From sequence record OP177727.1: DNA of 64,000 nucleotides; one strand, written 5' to 3'. The stretch comes from Escherichia phage pEC-M2929-1AR.1. The notes below the pieces were generated by a model. It had not been told where the DNA came from. It saw only the letters and a program-made list of their open reading frames with translations, and did no database searches. Made by a program: the position numbers and the translations under genes. Positions 36,076-45,144 of the stretch are shown piece by piece (position 1 is the first letter of the stretch; each line of letters opens with the position of its first letter).

Positions 36076-36818
36076 TGCTAGTATATCAAGAAATTAGTGT
36101 AAAAGATGATCAAGACCTGTTTATTATTGGTGATTTACATGGTTGCTTTGATTTATACCAGAAAGGTGTTAATACTTTAGGTATCCGAGATCAAGATGTT
36201 GTTGTATCTTTAGGAGATCTTACAGATCGCGGCAAGCAGAATTTTCGTTGTACCGTTGAATTCACCAGAAAGCTAAATCGCTATGCTATTCGTGGAAATC
36301 ACGAAGATATGATGATTAAAGGGTTGCTAGAAGGTGATAGGCGATATTACGAATGTTGGTTTCAGAACGGAGGCCATACAGTTCTAAATGAGTGTGGAGA
36401 AGAAGGTGCAACTGCTCTTGCTTTGATGCTAGAAGACTTACCTGTTGTACTTGTTGTCAATTATCGTAATATGAAACTAGGCTTTATTCACGGAGGGTAT
36501 CCTTCAGTTTTGGAACATTTACCAGTGACAGAAGTTTTGCCATTTTGTTTGAATATGGATAAAGAGCAAGTTTCTCGATTCACAGAATCTTTAATGTGGG
36601 ATCGTGATATGATAGATTGCGCACTTGAAGGGATTCTTCTTCCTAGAGTTTCAGGAGTAGATTATGTATTTCACGGGCATTCTTATGTTCCTAAACCTGT
36701 AATTAGCAGTAATAGGGTATATATGGATACAGGATCTTGCTTCAATGGTAATTTAACCTTTGCATATTTTGATGATTCAAATACGTTACAATTTTATTCT
36801 ACTCTAGAGGAGGACTAA
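36072..36818 (+). CDS. Ser/Thr protein phosphatase (PPP-family metallophosphatase, lambda-PPase-like)
   Basis: GDLHG, GDLTDRG and RGNHE metallophosphatase signature motifs in canonical order. Confidence 0.75.
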   Translation: MMLVYQEISVKDDQDLFIIGDLHGCFDLYQKGVNTLGIRDQDVVVSLGDLTDRGKQNFRCTVEFTRKLNRYAIRGNHEDMMIKGLLEGDRRYYECWFQNGGHTVLNECGEEGATALALMLEDLPVVLVVNYRNMKLGFIHGGYPSVLEHLPVTEVLPFCLNMDKEQVSRFTESLMWDRDMIDCALEGILLPRVSGVDYVFHGHSYVPKPVISSNRVYMDTGSCFNGNLTFAYFDDSNTLQFYSTLEED

Positions 36819-37138
36819 TGTATAAAGTCACAATTAAAGAGACGGTAGGGAATATTACGAAAGAAACTACTATTGAAACGGAAGACGTTGAGTTAGTCAA
36901 AGAGCTTTTATTTCCAAAGTCAGAAATAAAAGATAATGACGAACAGTTGGATGAAGATAACGATACAGCAAGGGATAAATGGAAAAAACAACTAGCGGAG
37001 ATTTGGAAAAAGCCTCAAGTAACGCCTCCATTTGATCCTCGTACACCTTATAGTCCTTGGGAAATTGGAAGCCCTTGGTTTACGTACCCTATTACTCCAA
37101 TTGTTACTCCCAGTATTATTCCCAATATTACTTGTTAA
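36818..37138 (+). CDS. hypothetical protein (106 aa)
   Basis: ORF track; ATG overlaps upstream stop. Confidence 0.45.
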   Translation: MYKVTIKETVGNITKETTIETEDVELVKELLFPKSEIKDNDEQLDEDNDTARDKWKKQLAEIWKKPQVTPPFDPRTPYSPWEIGSPWFTYPITPIVTPSIIPNITC

Positions 37139-37148
37139 GGAGAAAACC

Positions 37149-37727
37149 ATGAGCGATTTATTCTACACAGGTGTTGGTAGCAGAGATATTACAGACGAAG
37201 AATGGGACACTATGGTAGCTGTTGCAAAATGGTTATCTACATGGTTCATTTTGCGATCTGGTAAAGCAGAAGGTGCAGATTCCGCATTTGAATGCGGGGT
37301 ATATGATAGTGGAAACAACACAAAGAAAGAAATATACATTCCTTGGCCTTCGTTTAAAGGTAATGAGATAGAGGGAGAGGTTATTGTTCTTGACAGACCA
37401 GATAGTGTAAACTATGCTCTGACCTTGCAATATGCAAAAGAATTGCATCCGGCTTGGGACAGATTATCTCAAGGTGCTAAAAAATTGCATCAAAGGAATA
37501 TCCACCAAGTTCTTGGCAAAGATCTTGAGAATCCAAAACCGTCTTGTTTTCTTTTAGCTTGTGCAAATACAGATAAAAATGGAGATCCTTTGGGTGGTAC
37601 AAGAACAGCTTGGATGTTGGCTAAAAAGTTTAATGTTCCTTGTTTTAATATTCGAGGTAAAAGTAAAAAACAAATCTTCGAATTTATTAAACCTATTTTA
37701 GAGGAGAATGGTCTTGTCCAGAAATAA
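37149..37727 (+). CDS. DprA/SLOG-like Rossmann-fold protein (tentative)
   Basis: GVGSRDIT, SGKAEGADSAFE and QRNIHQVLG blocks resemble DprA/Smf-type Rossmann domain; ATG at 37149 after AAGGAGAAAACC. Confidence 0.35.
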   Translation: MSDLFYTGVGSRDITDEEWDTMVAVAKWLSTWFILRSGKAEGADSAFECGVYDSGNNTKKEIYIPWPSFKGNEIEGEVIVLDRPDSVNYALTLQYAKELHPAWDRLSQGAKKLHQRNIHQVLGKDLENPKPSCFLLACANTDKNGDPLGGTRTAWMLAKKFNVPCFNIRGKSKKQIFEFIKPILEENGLVQK

Positions 37728-38232
37728 TATAAGCGTCATTAAAGATAGCTTTATTGATGTAACAAACGATATTGTACCTACAATACAATATATAGTTGAG
37801 GCACAAGGTTTAAACTTCATACGTGATAAAGTTAAGATCGTTTTTCATAATACTCCAGGTTTTGTAACAGTGGGTTCAACAAAAACACCGTGCACTACAG
37901 ATCTGATTACTTTAGACAAAAACTTAACACAAGAAGAAGTAGAAATTCTTAACCTCTATTGGTTAGGTTTTAAAAGATACGAGGATACAGCTTTATCCCG
38001 AATGTCAACTATTTTAGCTAATATTCTGGTTCGGAAAATTTCTAAAATATGGGATGAAGAAAATCCAGATGAAATAGTTTTACACTTTGCTAAACCGGAA
38101 GATGGGGCATACGATATAGACACATCTGAAATGGCTTATGGGTTTATTATTTCTGGTAATGTCTTACAGATGGAATCTTTATTGTATGTTGAGACAGTAA
38201 AACACAATAACAATTACGAGGAGGTTGTATGA
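37708..38232 (+). CDS. hypothetical protein (174 aa)
   Basis: ORF track. Confidence 0.45.
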   Translation: MVLSRNNISVIKDSFIDVTNDIVPTIQYIVEAQGLNFIRDKVKIVFHNTPGFVTVGSTKTPCTTDLITLDKNLTQEEVEILNLYWLGFKRYEDTALSRMSTILANILVRKISKIWDEENPDEIVLHFAKPEDGAYDIDTSEMAYGFIISGNVLQMESLLYVETVKHNNNYEEVV

Positions 38233-38486
38233 AAGGTTTAGAGTTTAACTTTGTAGATGCGTGGGAAGGATGGGATGAACTAGGAGTAGGGGATTTATGT
38301 TTTTATGATGTTACCTTGAAGGAAGAATACAAACATCTAGCTCCTAGTGAAGATTGCGATGTGATTCTATCTATTCTATTAAGTCAGTCTATAGTGCAAT
38401 TCGATTTCTTAAAAGGTAGTGAATGTATTGAAAGTAAAGCATTCCGTTTGGAAGTTTCTCTTGGTGAAGAAATTCCTGTAGAATAA
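38229..38486 (+). CDS. hypothetical acidic protein (85 aa)
   Basis: ORF track; ATGA overlap with upstream gene. Confidence 0.45.
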   Translation: MKGLEFNFVDAWEGWDELGVGDLCFYDVTLKEEYKHLAPSEDCDVILSILLSQSIVQFDFLKGSECIESKAFRLEVSLGEEIPVE

Positions 38487-38489
38487 TAT

Positions 38490-38515
38490 AAACCCGCTTC
38501 GGCGGGTTTTTTTTG
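38490..38515 (+). terminator. strong intrinsic terminator (AAACCCGCTTCGGCGGGTTTTTTTT)
   Basis: GC stem with TTCG loop and 8-T run immediately after stop codon. Confidence 0.8.
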
Positions 38516-38544
38516 TTGACAACACCAGTTTTTTCGAATAAACT
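38516..38544 (+). promoter_or_regulatory. sigma70-like promoter (TTGACA-N17-TAAACT)
   Basis: Consensus -35 hexamer directly after terminator, 17-nt spacer, -10-like TAAACT, then AAAGGAG RBS of 38571 gene. Confidence 0.5.
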
Positions 38545-38570
38545 ACACAAAAACAGAAAAGGAGATTAGC

Positions 38571-38984
38571 ATGTATTATAGTGACTATTTTGTAAACCCA
38601 ACAAAAGAACAACTTCAATCAGCAGTGGATAAGATGCAGATTGTAGTTAAAGAATGTGAGAAAATAAGAAAACAACTACAAGAAGAGACTGTTGTTGTTA
38701 GTAAATGGTTTGGTCTTAGAAAGAAGGTTGTTAGTAAACACAATATCATCCTTGAAAAAGCAAAAACGACAGGAACTAGTTACGCCTTACAAGGCTTGTT
38801 GCTAAATTACATTGATATAGAACAACATTCTCTTCTGCACTGTTGGCTCCACAGTCCTAGTATTGAGGATCTCTTGTTCTGGTTATCGTGTGAATCTGTA
38901 CTTTTAAATGAAAATGAGGCTTACCGTTTAAACTTCTGCTTGAAGGCAGAATTACCAGCTAGTGTTAAGGAGAAGAAGCAATAA
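38571..38984 (+). CDS. hypothetical protein (137 aa)
   Basis: ORF track; AAAGGAG RBS. Confidence 0.55.
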   Translation: MYYSDYFVNPTKEQLQSAVDKMQIVVKECEKIRKQLQEETVVVSKWFGLRKKVVSKHNIILEKAKTTGTSYALQGLLLNYIDIEQHSLLHCWLHSPSIEDLLFWLSCESVLLNENEAYRLNFCLKAELPASVKEKKQ

Positions 38985-39973
38985 TGAAAGTTTTAAGTCT
39001 TTTTGATGGTATGTCAGGAGGAATGCTTGCACTAAAAAGTGCAGGTATTGAAGTAGATAAGTATTATGCCTCAGAATTGGACAAATTTGCCATAGCTGAA
39101 AGCCAAGCCAATTTTCCAGATATTATTCAATTAGGTGATGTTACAAAATGGAGAGAATGGGATATCCCGTGGGGAGAAATTGACCTTTTGTTAGGTGGTA
39201 GCCCGTGCCAAGGCTTCTCTTCTTCTGGTAAGGGTTTGAACTTTCAAGATCCGCGATCTAAACTGTTCTTTGAATATGTTGAAATTCTTGAACATATTAA
39301 AAAGTTTAACCCTAATGTTAAGTTCATGCTTGAAAACGTTAAGATGAAGGTGGAGTGGGAAAACGTGATCACAAGTTACTTAGGTGTTGATCCCGTATTC
39401 ATTAACTCCGCAGATTTCACTGCACAGAATAGACAACGTTTATACTGGTGCAATTGGGAAATAAAACCTTGGGATATTACCAATGAAGTGTTGCAAGATA
39501 TCATTGAAGATGATAGTATCGTAGACAGAGATAAGGCTTATTGCATAGATGCAAATTATGCCAAAGGTGGTAATATAGAACAGTATTTTGAAAAGAGTCG
39601 CAGACAACTGGTTTTTTATCCAGCAGCAATATATGGGCGTAGAATTAATGAAAATGGCAAACGTAGTACATCTAAAACTGATCGTTTGGTACATTGCTTG
39701 GAAGTTCAGGACAGTGAAAAAACTCGTTGCCTCACGACTGTGCCGAAAGACGTACTATTAGCCTACATTCCACCTGGAAGATATCTGGATGCCTTTGAAA
39801 AATTGAGTGAAGGTGTGCATTATAGAAAGTTAACGGTTAAAGAGTGTTGCCGCTTACAAGGTGTTCCAGATGATTACTTTAAAGTGAGTAGTAACACACA
39901 AGCATATAAGATGTTAGGTAATGGTTGGACTATACCTGTCATTGCACATATTCTTAAGTGTATGGAGGAATGA
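38984..39973 (+). CDS. DNA (cytosine-5)-methyltransferase
   Basis: FDGMSGG (motif I), GGSPCQGFS (motif IV with catalytic Cys), ENV (motif VI). Confidence 0.85.
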   Translation: MKVLSLFDGMSGGMLALKSAGIEVDKYYASELDKFAIAESQANFPDIIQLGDVTKWREWDIPWGEIDLLLGGSPCQGFSSSGKGLNFQDPRSKLFFEYVEILEHIKKFNPNVKFMLENVKMKVEWENVITSYLGVDPVFINSADFTAQNRQRLYWCNWEIKPWDITNEVLQDIIEDDSIVDRDKAYCIDANYAKGGNIEQYFEKSRRQLVFYPAAIYGRRINENGKRSTSKTDRLVHCLEVQDSEKTRCLTTVPKDVLLAYIPPGRYLDAFEKLSEGVHYRKLTVKECCRLQGVPDDYFKVSSNTQAYKMLGNGWTIPVIAHILKCMEE

Positions 39974-40088
39974 TGGAAACATTGTGGAAAGGCTGGAAGA
40001 CTGCTCTGATAGCTTTTATAATTCCATTAACTTTTCTTGGTTGGTGTTTTTGGGAATTTATCTTTTGGTTAATTTCCCATATACATTG
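39963..40088 (+). CDS. small membrane protein (about 41 aa)
   Basis: Hand-translated MMETLWKGWKTALIAFIIPLTFLGWCFWEFIFWLISHIHWG; GGAGGA RBS; below track cutoff. Confidence 0.35.
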
Positions 40089-40096
40089 GGGGTAAT

Positions 40097-40708
40097 ATGA
40101 CTCAAAAAGTTGCATATCAAGTAGATCGTGAAGATGGTGAAGGTAGTGTTGTAGTTTTTGATACACATGGTCTTGCAGCAAGACGCAAAGGCGCTTGTAT
40201 GCTGGATATTGGTGGTGAAGATGAATACTGCACTGTACGTAGAGTAAAAGAATTTGATCAATACGCTGAAAAAGGTTTTGTACCTGCGAAAGCACTATTA
40301 GAAGCTGGATGGTGGATACCTAGCGCACATGATTATGATATTTTGGAGTCAGATACAGACGATTTTAACAGTGAGAATTTTGTTTTTTCTCTGGATGAAA
40401 AATGCGTTTGGAAAGATTGGGATGAAATGGAACGCCATGCTTATTTTATAAACGAAGCATTAGATCGTAAAACTTGGTTTGAAAATACAGTTAAAGCAGC
40501 GTATCCTCAATTTACTTTTACAGAGTTTTGGGGTGGCCCACACCATATTACCCACGTAGCATACTTCGAGTTCCCAGGCTCACGCTATAAAGGTACTGTC
40601 TATTGGGATTGGGAAGAGGACAAAGAACCTTCTGCTCAAGACTTCCGTTGCTATGTTTGTCAAGGTGATCAAGAAGCACTTGACAACTACCTTAAAAGTC
40701 TGGTATAA
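40097..40708 (+). CDS. hypothetical protein (203 aa)
   Basis: ORF track; GGGGG RBS. Confidence 0.5.
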   Translation: MTQKVAYQVDREDGEGSVVVFDTHGLAARRKGACMLDIGGEDEYCTVRRVKEFDQYAEKGFVPAKALLEAGWWIPSAHDYDILESDTDDFNSENFVFSLDEKCVWKDWDEMERHAYFINEALDRKTWFENTVKAAYPQFTFTEFWGGPHHITHVAYFEFPGSRYKGTVYWDWEEDKEPSAQDFRCYVCQGDQEALDNYLKSLV

Positions 40709-40724
40709 TCCGTAAAACTTAACC

Positions 40725-40750
40725 AAAGCCCCAACTAGGGGCTTTATTTG
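40725..40750 (+). terminator. terminator-like hairpin (AAAGCCCCAACTAGGGGCTTTATTTG)
   Basis: GC stem-loop with short T tract between 40097 gene and next gene. Confidence 0.45.
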
Positions 40751-40762
40751 TCTGGAGGATAT

Positions 40763-41317
40763 ATGGGTTTTGATGATATGTTATTATATGAGGAGGCTTG
40801 TGTGAAAGAAGCTATGGCTTTACCAGTTTTATCTATTGATATTACAACAGTAGACACTTTTTCAGATTGTGAAACGTGTGGATCGTATTCATCTATTGTA
40901 CATGAAGTCAGTGGGGATTTAGGCACTTACGAAGATGGAGATTATGCAAGTTGTTTAGGTGATAATCGAGATGGTGAAGTGGCGAATGTTGCAAACTGGA
41001 TTGCTTCTAAGTTAAAAGAAAGAAATCGTCCGTTCCCTAATCTTCTTACACCAGAAGCTATGCTTAAAGCTGAAGAAGAGATGTATGATTATGGTGATAA
41101 AGTAGCTCATGATTACAATGATCCTAATTATAAAAAATTGAGTGATAAGTATTGGGAACTAGCTAATGCTTATGATAAATACTACTCTACAGAAAACATT
41201 GTTAAATTGTTTTTAGATTTTGGAGTAGAAATTAATTGGGATTTCGAAGAGGAAGAGCGTTACGACGCATCTTCTTGGGATGATGATTACGAAGAGGATA
41301 TTGAATGCGAAGAGTAA
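40763..41317 (+). CDS. hypothetical acidic protein (Asp/Glu-rich C-terminus)
   Basis: Track ORF 40748-41317 trimmed to ATG at 40763 after GGAGGATAT; C-terminus EEEERYDASSWDDDYEEDIECEE. Confidence 0.5.
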   Translation: MGFDDMLLYEEACVKEAMALPVLSIDITTVDTFSDCETCGSYSSIVHEVSGDLGTYEDGDYASCLGDNRDGEVANVANWIASKLKERNRPFPNLLTPEAMLKAEEEMYDYGDKVAHDYNDPNYKKLSDKYWELANAYDKYYSTENIVKLFLDFGVEINWDFEEEERYDASSWDDDYEEDIECEE

Positions 41318-42117
41318 TTTTTGTCAGTGGTGCAGGTTTAAGTGCAGACAGTGGGATTCGAACATTCCGAACAGACACAGACAGTGGTCGTGCTTTATGG
41401 GAAGAATATGATTTAGAAGAGGTCTGCGATATTGGAGCTTTCCAAGCAGGTTATCGTGTGAGAACATCTCCAGATCTTCCAGTGGTTGGTGGTGTAGACG
41501 AAAATGGTATGGATTTGTATGCCAAAACACACGAATTTTATAACAAAAGACGTGTTGAGCTTAAAGATGTACAACCTAATGCTGCACATATTCAAATAGC
41601 AAAGTGGTTTAAGGAATATCCTAACCAAGTAATAAACTTGACAACAAACGTTGATGATCTACTAGAGCGAGCAGGTGTAGACAGAGATTCGGTTATTCAC
41701 GTGCACGGATATCTTCCTGAAGTAGTTTACCGTATGCATCCTGGAGATTACAAAACACTGGTAGATATTGGTTACAACAGCATAAACATAGATGATTATA
41801 ACTGGGTGAAGCCTAATGTTGTATTTTTTGGTGAGGCTGCACCTTTGTATGCAGATATGGCTCACTTGTTCGATACTTTGACCATGCAAGATTTGGTTGT
41901 TGTAGTAGGATGTTCAAACCAAGTTATCAATTTTAATTGGGAATTATTCCCTGCACTTAATATGGGTACAAAAATGATTGTTGTTAACCCAGGAATTAAT
42001 TACGAAGAAACTCTTCTTTACGAAGATAGAGGAGTCTTTGTTTATCGAGAAAAAGCCGCAGATGCTTTTAGCAATCCTGCTTTCATAAAAATGATAGAAG
42101 ATCATTTGACTAAATAA
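41305..42117 (+). CDS. Sir2-family (sirtuin-like) NAD-binding protein lacking zinc-ribbon cysteines
   Basis: GAGLSADSGIRTFR, TTNVDDLLERAG, HVHG, VVFFGE and VVVVGCSNQV blocks in sirtuin order; no CxxC pairs between the His and FGE blocks. Confidence 0.7.
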   Translation: MRRVIFVSGAGLSADSGIRTFRTDTDSGRALWEEYDLEEVCDIGAFQAGYRVRTSPDLPVVGGVDENGMDLYAKTHEFYNKRRVELKDVQPNAAHIQIAKWFKEYPNQVINLTTNVDDLLERAGVDRDSVIHVHGYLPEVVYRMHPGDYKTLVDIGYNSINIDDYNWVKPNVVFFGEAAPLYADMAHLFDTLTMQDLVVVVGCSNQVINFNWELFPALNMGTKMIVVNPGINYEETLLYEDRGVFVYREKAADAFSNPAFIKMIEDHLTK

Positions 42118-42123
42118 CTTAAC

Positions 42124-42148
42124 CAAGGGGGCGAAAGCCCCTTTTCTT
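42124..42148 (+). terminator. intrinsic terminator (AAGGGGGCGAAAGCCCCTTTTCTT)
   Basis: GC stem, GAAA loop, T tract directly after Sir2 stop. Confidence 0.6.
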
Positions 42149-42161
42149 ATAGGAGAATATT

Positions 42162-42419
42162 ATGACCACAGAACAAATCGTTAAAGACCATTTTATGATG
42201 CACTACGTTTATTACTTCAATAACAATCAACAGAAAGGTGAGGGATTTTGTTATCTATCCGCACAACAAGGTTTTGGTATCCGTCAAGCAGATATTAACG
42301 GGGCAGTGGCTGGGATTACAAAAGGCTTGGTTGAAAACCTTAAAGACAATGTTGTTGTTGTCCCAACGTGCATCTCTTATCTCTCAACCTGCCCTGAAGA
42401 AGATTTTATGCATTCCTAA
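42162..42419 (+). CDS. hypothetical protein (85 aa); last gene of plus-strand array
   Basis: ORF track; AGGAGAAT RBS. Confidence 0.5.
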   Translation: MTTEQIVKDHFMMHYVYYFNNNQQKGEGFCYLSAQQGFGIRQADINGAVAGITKGLVENLKDNVVVVPTCISYLSTCPEEDFMHS

Positions 42420-42484
42420 AACCTCCTGTAACGCATTCTAACGCACTTTTTATTTTAGTAATACGTTTCCCTACCTAATGCAAA

Positions 42485-42521
42485 CAAAAGCCCCTAGAAG
42501 CGATTCTAGGGGCTTTATTTT
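42485..42521. terminator. bidirectional intrinsic terminator at convergence of plus and minus gene blocks
   Basis: AAAAGCCCCTAGAAGCGATTCTAGGGGCTTTATTTT: 8-bp GC stem flanked by A-run and T-run. Confidence 0.7.
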
Positions 42522-42594
42522 AGTCTTCTGTAAAATATCCTATGACAATAATGATAAAGATGATTAACACTACAATACTCTCTAGTAAATTCAT

Positions 42595-42816
42595 CTATAG
42601 ATCTCGTTCATATAGTTCAATTATCAATTCATCCTCTGCTGTTATTGTACCAATTTGCCAAGTGTGAAGATAAACCTCAGTATAAGAGTGTATCTTACTA
42701 TCTAACAAGCACAACCACGTATTGTTGCTTACCTTTTCTTGAATATGAACCTTAACCACGAAAGGGTGAGGGTTATCTACTAAGAAACCAATACTACCTT
42801 CTACAACTACAGACAT
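42595..42816 (-). CDS. hypothetical protein (73 aa)
   Basis: ORF track. Confidence 0.45.
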   Translation of the reverse strand: MSVVVEGSIGFLVDNPHPFVVKVHIQEKVSNNTWLCLLDSKIHSYTEVYLHTWQIGTITAEDELIIELYERDL

Positions 42817-42873
42817 AATACCTCCTATTGTTTATGTTAGAAGTGTTTATAACAGATAAAGAGCATATATACA

Positions 42874-42898
42874 AGAAAACCCGCCGAAGCGGGTTTAG
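42874..42898 (-). terminator. intrinsic terminator (minus strand: AAACCCGCTTCGGCGGGTTTTCTTG)
   Basis: GC stem with TTCG loop and T-run downstream of 42901 gene stop on minus strand. Confidence 0.6.
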
Positions 42899-42900
42899 TG

Positions 42901-43224
42901 TTATACAATGTGTTTTGTTTTAACGTGCGAAGATTTAAAAATCTTATTATGTGATGAAATACAACTATCACGGAACACATAATAATTAACAACATCTGGC
43001 TTATCAACACAGAGTGTAACCACAACTTTCATAGGTATAGATACATTTTCACGAAGAGTAACACTACCTTTCAAACGTTCAGATGAAATGTGAATCAAAC
43101 CTTCTTTTTCGTCAATGATAACTTCTTTAACATTTTTGAAATTATAACAAGAGTTATCAACATAAGATACTCTTGCTTTTGTTTGCTTCTGTTTAGGACG
43201 AGAACCAGTGTTTATTTTTTGCAT
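42901..43224 (-). CDS. hypothetical protein (107 aa)
   Basis: ORF track. Confidence 0.5.
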   Translation of the reverse strand: MQKINTGSRPKQKQTKARVSYVDNSCYNFKNVKEVIIDEKEGLIHISSERLKGSVTLRENVSIPMKVVVTLCVDKPDVVNYYVFRDSCISSHNKIFKSSHVKTKHIV

Positions 43225-43232
43225 AGTTTTCC

Positions 43233-43520
43233 TTATTTGCTTTCACGAGCAAAATAATAATTTTCATATTCATTACGTGTAACGATTTCTGGATGATCAG
43301 GTTCACCGTAACTAAGTTTAACTTCAGGATACACTTTGGTGTTGAATAGACACGTAACGCCTCTCATATAATATCCTGTAGGACTTAAAACAACATCATC
43401 TTCACTTACACTTGAGAATTTTATTTCACCATTAGTATCTTTGACGACAATAAGAGCATGTTCAGGCCAATCAAGATTCTCTTCTTTTAGTTTTTCATAA
43501 ACTTCTTGTACTAGTTCCAT
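43233..43520 (-). CDS. hypothetical protein (95 aa)
   Basis: ORF track; GGAGG RBS on minus strand. Confidence 0.5.
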   Translation of the reverse strand: MELVQEVYEKLKEENLDWPEHALIVVKDTNGEIKFSSVSEDDVVLSPTGYYMRGVTCLFNTKVYPEVKLSYGEPDHPEIVTRNEYENYYFARESK

Positions 43521-43526
43521 ATTGCC

Positions 43527-43703
43527 TCCTCAGATTACAAATTTTTCTTCTTCTGGTTTCTCGTAGTTGGGAGAATAAACGTGGGATGGATTAAAACCTT
43601 TAAAGCTACCTCGCCCTTTTCGTGGACAATTGAACGTCTTAGCTTGGTGATCACCAAAAGATTTACCACAATGTACACATTTATAATTGGTATCTTTGAA
43701 CAT
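43527..43703 (-). CDS. small zinc-ribbon protein (58 aa)
   Basis: Hand-translated MFKDTNYKCVHCGKSFGDHQAKTFNCPRKGRG...; AAAGGAGAG RBS; preferred over overlapping track ORF 43535-43732 which lacks an RBS. Confidence 0.5.
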
Positions 43704-43859
43704 TTTACTCTCCTTTGAAAGATAGGCTGCACAATAGTACAGCCTTTTAAAAAATTAGTGTTTAAATTTTTCGATTACTTCGTCAACTTTAGCGATGATA
43801 ACATCCTGATACTTGTGACCAAAATAACCAACAACAACACCAACAATAAACGTCATCAT

Positions 43860-44459
43860 TTACTTCTCCTTTTTAACTATAATGGCTTCTTCATTCAGAG
43901 TAAACAGCAAGGAAGATGTATCACCAACACACCTTGCACCGGGAATGAGTTCTAAAATTTTAGAGGATATAGCAATAGTAGTGTCATCCAGTACGTATTC
44001 CCCAGGTAACAATCTTAATGTTATTGGAAAATCTACAGATGCCAGACCAGAGAACATCCCATCATTCAGAAGAATAACTTCTAAACCGCTATCTTCTTGT
44101 TGTGCATTATGCACTTTTTCAGGTAAGAAGTCAATACATTGATTTAAAATTTCTACATCTAATTCTACACCAGTCCTAGCCTTATAAACTCTAGCCAAAT
44201 CTATGATCCGAGAATCAATGTTGGCGTAAGGAGATTCCAAGTGTTTTGGGTCAATAGGAGCAACGCGCAATTTACTATCGAGAGATATCCACGTTACAAT
44301 CCACATTTCACCAACCCCAGGTTGATCTCGCGCAGTAAGGAATTCTACTAATGCTCCAGGATTAGGCATTATGTAATCTTGTGTGATCAACATGTTCTTT
44401 ACTCGCAAAAGCATCCCTGGCTTTAGCAAGCCCTTCTCACCACTCCAATATTCTTTCAT
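43860..44459 (-). CDS. hypothetical protein (199 aa)
   Basis: ORF track; AGGAG RBS. Confidence 0.55.
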   Translation of the reverse strand: MKEYWSGEKGLLKPGMLLRVKNMLITQDYIMPNPGALVEFLTARDQPGVGEMWIVTWISLDSKLRVAPIDPKHLESPYANIDSRIIDLARVYKARTGVELDVEILNQCIDFLPEKVHNAQQEDSGLEVILLNDGMFSGLASVDFPITLRLLPGEYVLDDTTIAISSKILELIPGARCVGDTSSLLFTLNEEAIIVKKEK

Positions 44460-44473
44460 TTTTACTCCTGCTT

Positions 44474-44746
44474 TTAATGTCGTAGTTCACTAAACTTACA
44501 AACAAAGTGAACGTTAAGAAAAGTTAGTTTTCGATCTGGTGTAAACTCTGTTACTGTTTTATACACCTGGGCAATACCGAACCTGTTGACAGCAGGTACT
44601 GACAATTGGCTTATACATTTCATAGCTGATAGTTTTGCCTCTTCTTCAGAAGCAAAATAAGTAAACATACCTTCTTCGTCAACTATAATTTCTTGTGTAA
44701 CACAATCTACAAAACAAAAGAAAACATTAGGTAAGTTTTCCGACAT
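44474..44746 (-). CDS. hypothetical protein (90 aa)
   Basis: ORF track. Confidence 0.45.
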   Translation of the reverse strand: MSENLPNVFFCFVDCVTQEIIVDEEGMFTYFASEEEAKLSAMKCISQLSVPAVNRFGIAQVYKTVTEFTPDRKLTFLNVHFVCKFSELRH

Positions 44747-44747
44747 A

Positions 44748-44960
44748 TTAGTTGTTCCTGTACTTAGAGAACAAAGTATTGATTAACCAATCAGCAAACA
44801 GTAGTCCAAGTGTACCAATACCGTAACCGATAAGCATAATGTAAGGCACTGCCTTATTTTCATTACCTGTCATCACTTCAGGAAAAATCAAAAATACAAT
44901 ACCGTTACCAACGATAATCCAGAACATAAGAAACACAAAAACACGAAGCAACATTCCCAT
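44748..44960 (-). CDS. small membrane protein (70 aa, two predicted TM helices)
   Basis: ORF track; hydrophobic segments FVFLMFWIIVGNGIVFLIF and IMLIGYGIGTLGLLF. Confidence 0.5.
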   Translation of the reverse strand: MGMLLRVFVFLMFWIIVGNGIVFLIFPEVMTGNENKAVPYIMLIGYGIGTLGLLFADWLINTLFSKYRNN

Positions 44961-44961
44961 A

Positions 44962-45144
44962 TTATTCTTCCTCCTTCACTTCTTCAACTTTACGAAGCAT
45001 ACGTTTATCAAATGTAGCTTTCTGTAGTTGCTCATTAACATCAAACCACACCACTTCGCAAGTATCGTAAGTAGATACCATTACAGTCATTAACATTTCT
45101 TCGCTGGCAAGACGTACAATATCACCTGTTTTAATATTTACCAT
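44962..45144 (-). CDS. hypothetical protein (60 aa)
   Basis: ORF track; GGAGG RBS. Confidence 0.45.
   Translation of the reverse strand: MVNIKTGDIVRLASEEMLMTVMVSTYDTCEVVWFDVNEQLQKATFDKRMLRKVEEVKEEE

Noticed and set aside
9900-40295. Minus-strand track ORFs inside the plus-strand array (for example 9900-10460, 13131-13493, 14299-15354, 17293-17653, 33468-34104, 34419-34952, 39440-40295)
   Set aside because: Each is antisense to a motif-supported or operon-consistent plus-strand gene and lacks an RBS; shadow ORFs typical of AT-rich DNA.
43535-43732. ORF-track minus-strand ORF of 65 aa
   Set aside because: A different frame over the same interval encodes an SD-led zinc-ribbon protein (43527-43703); the track ORF has no RBS and an implausible Ile/Val/Leu-rich sequence.
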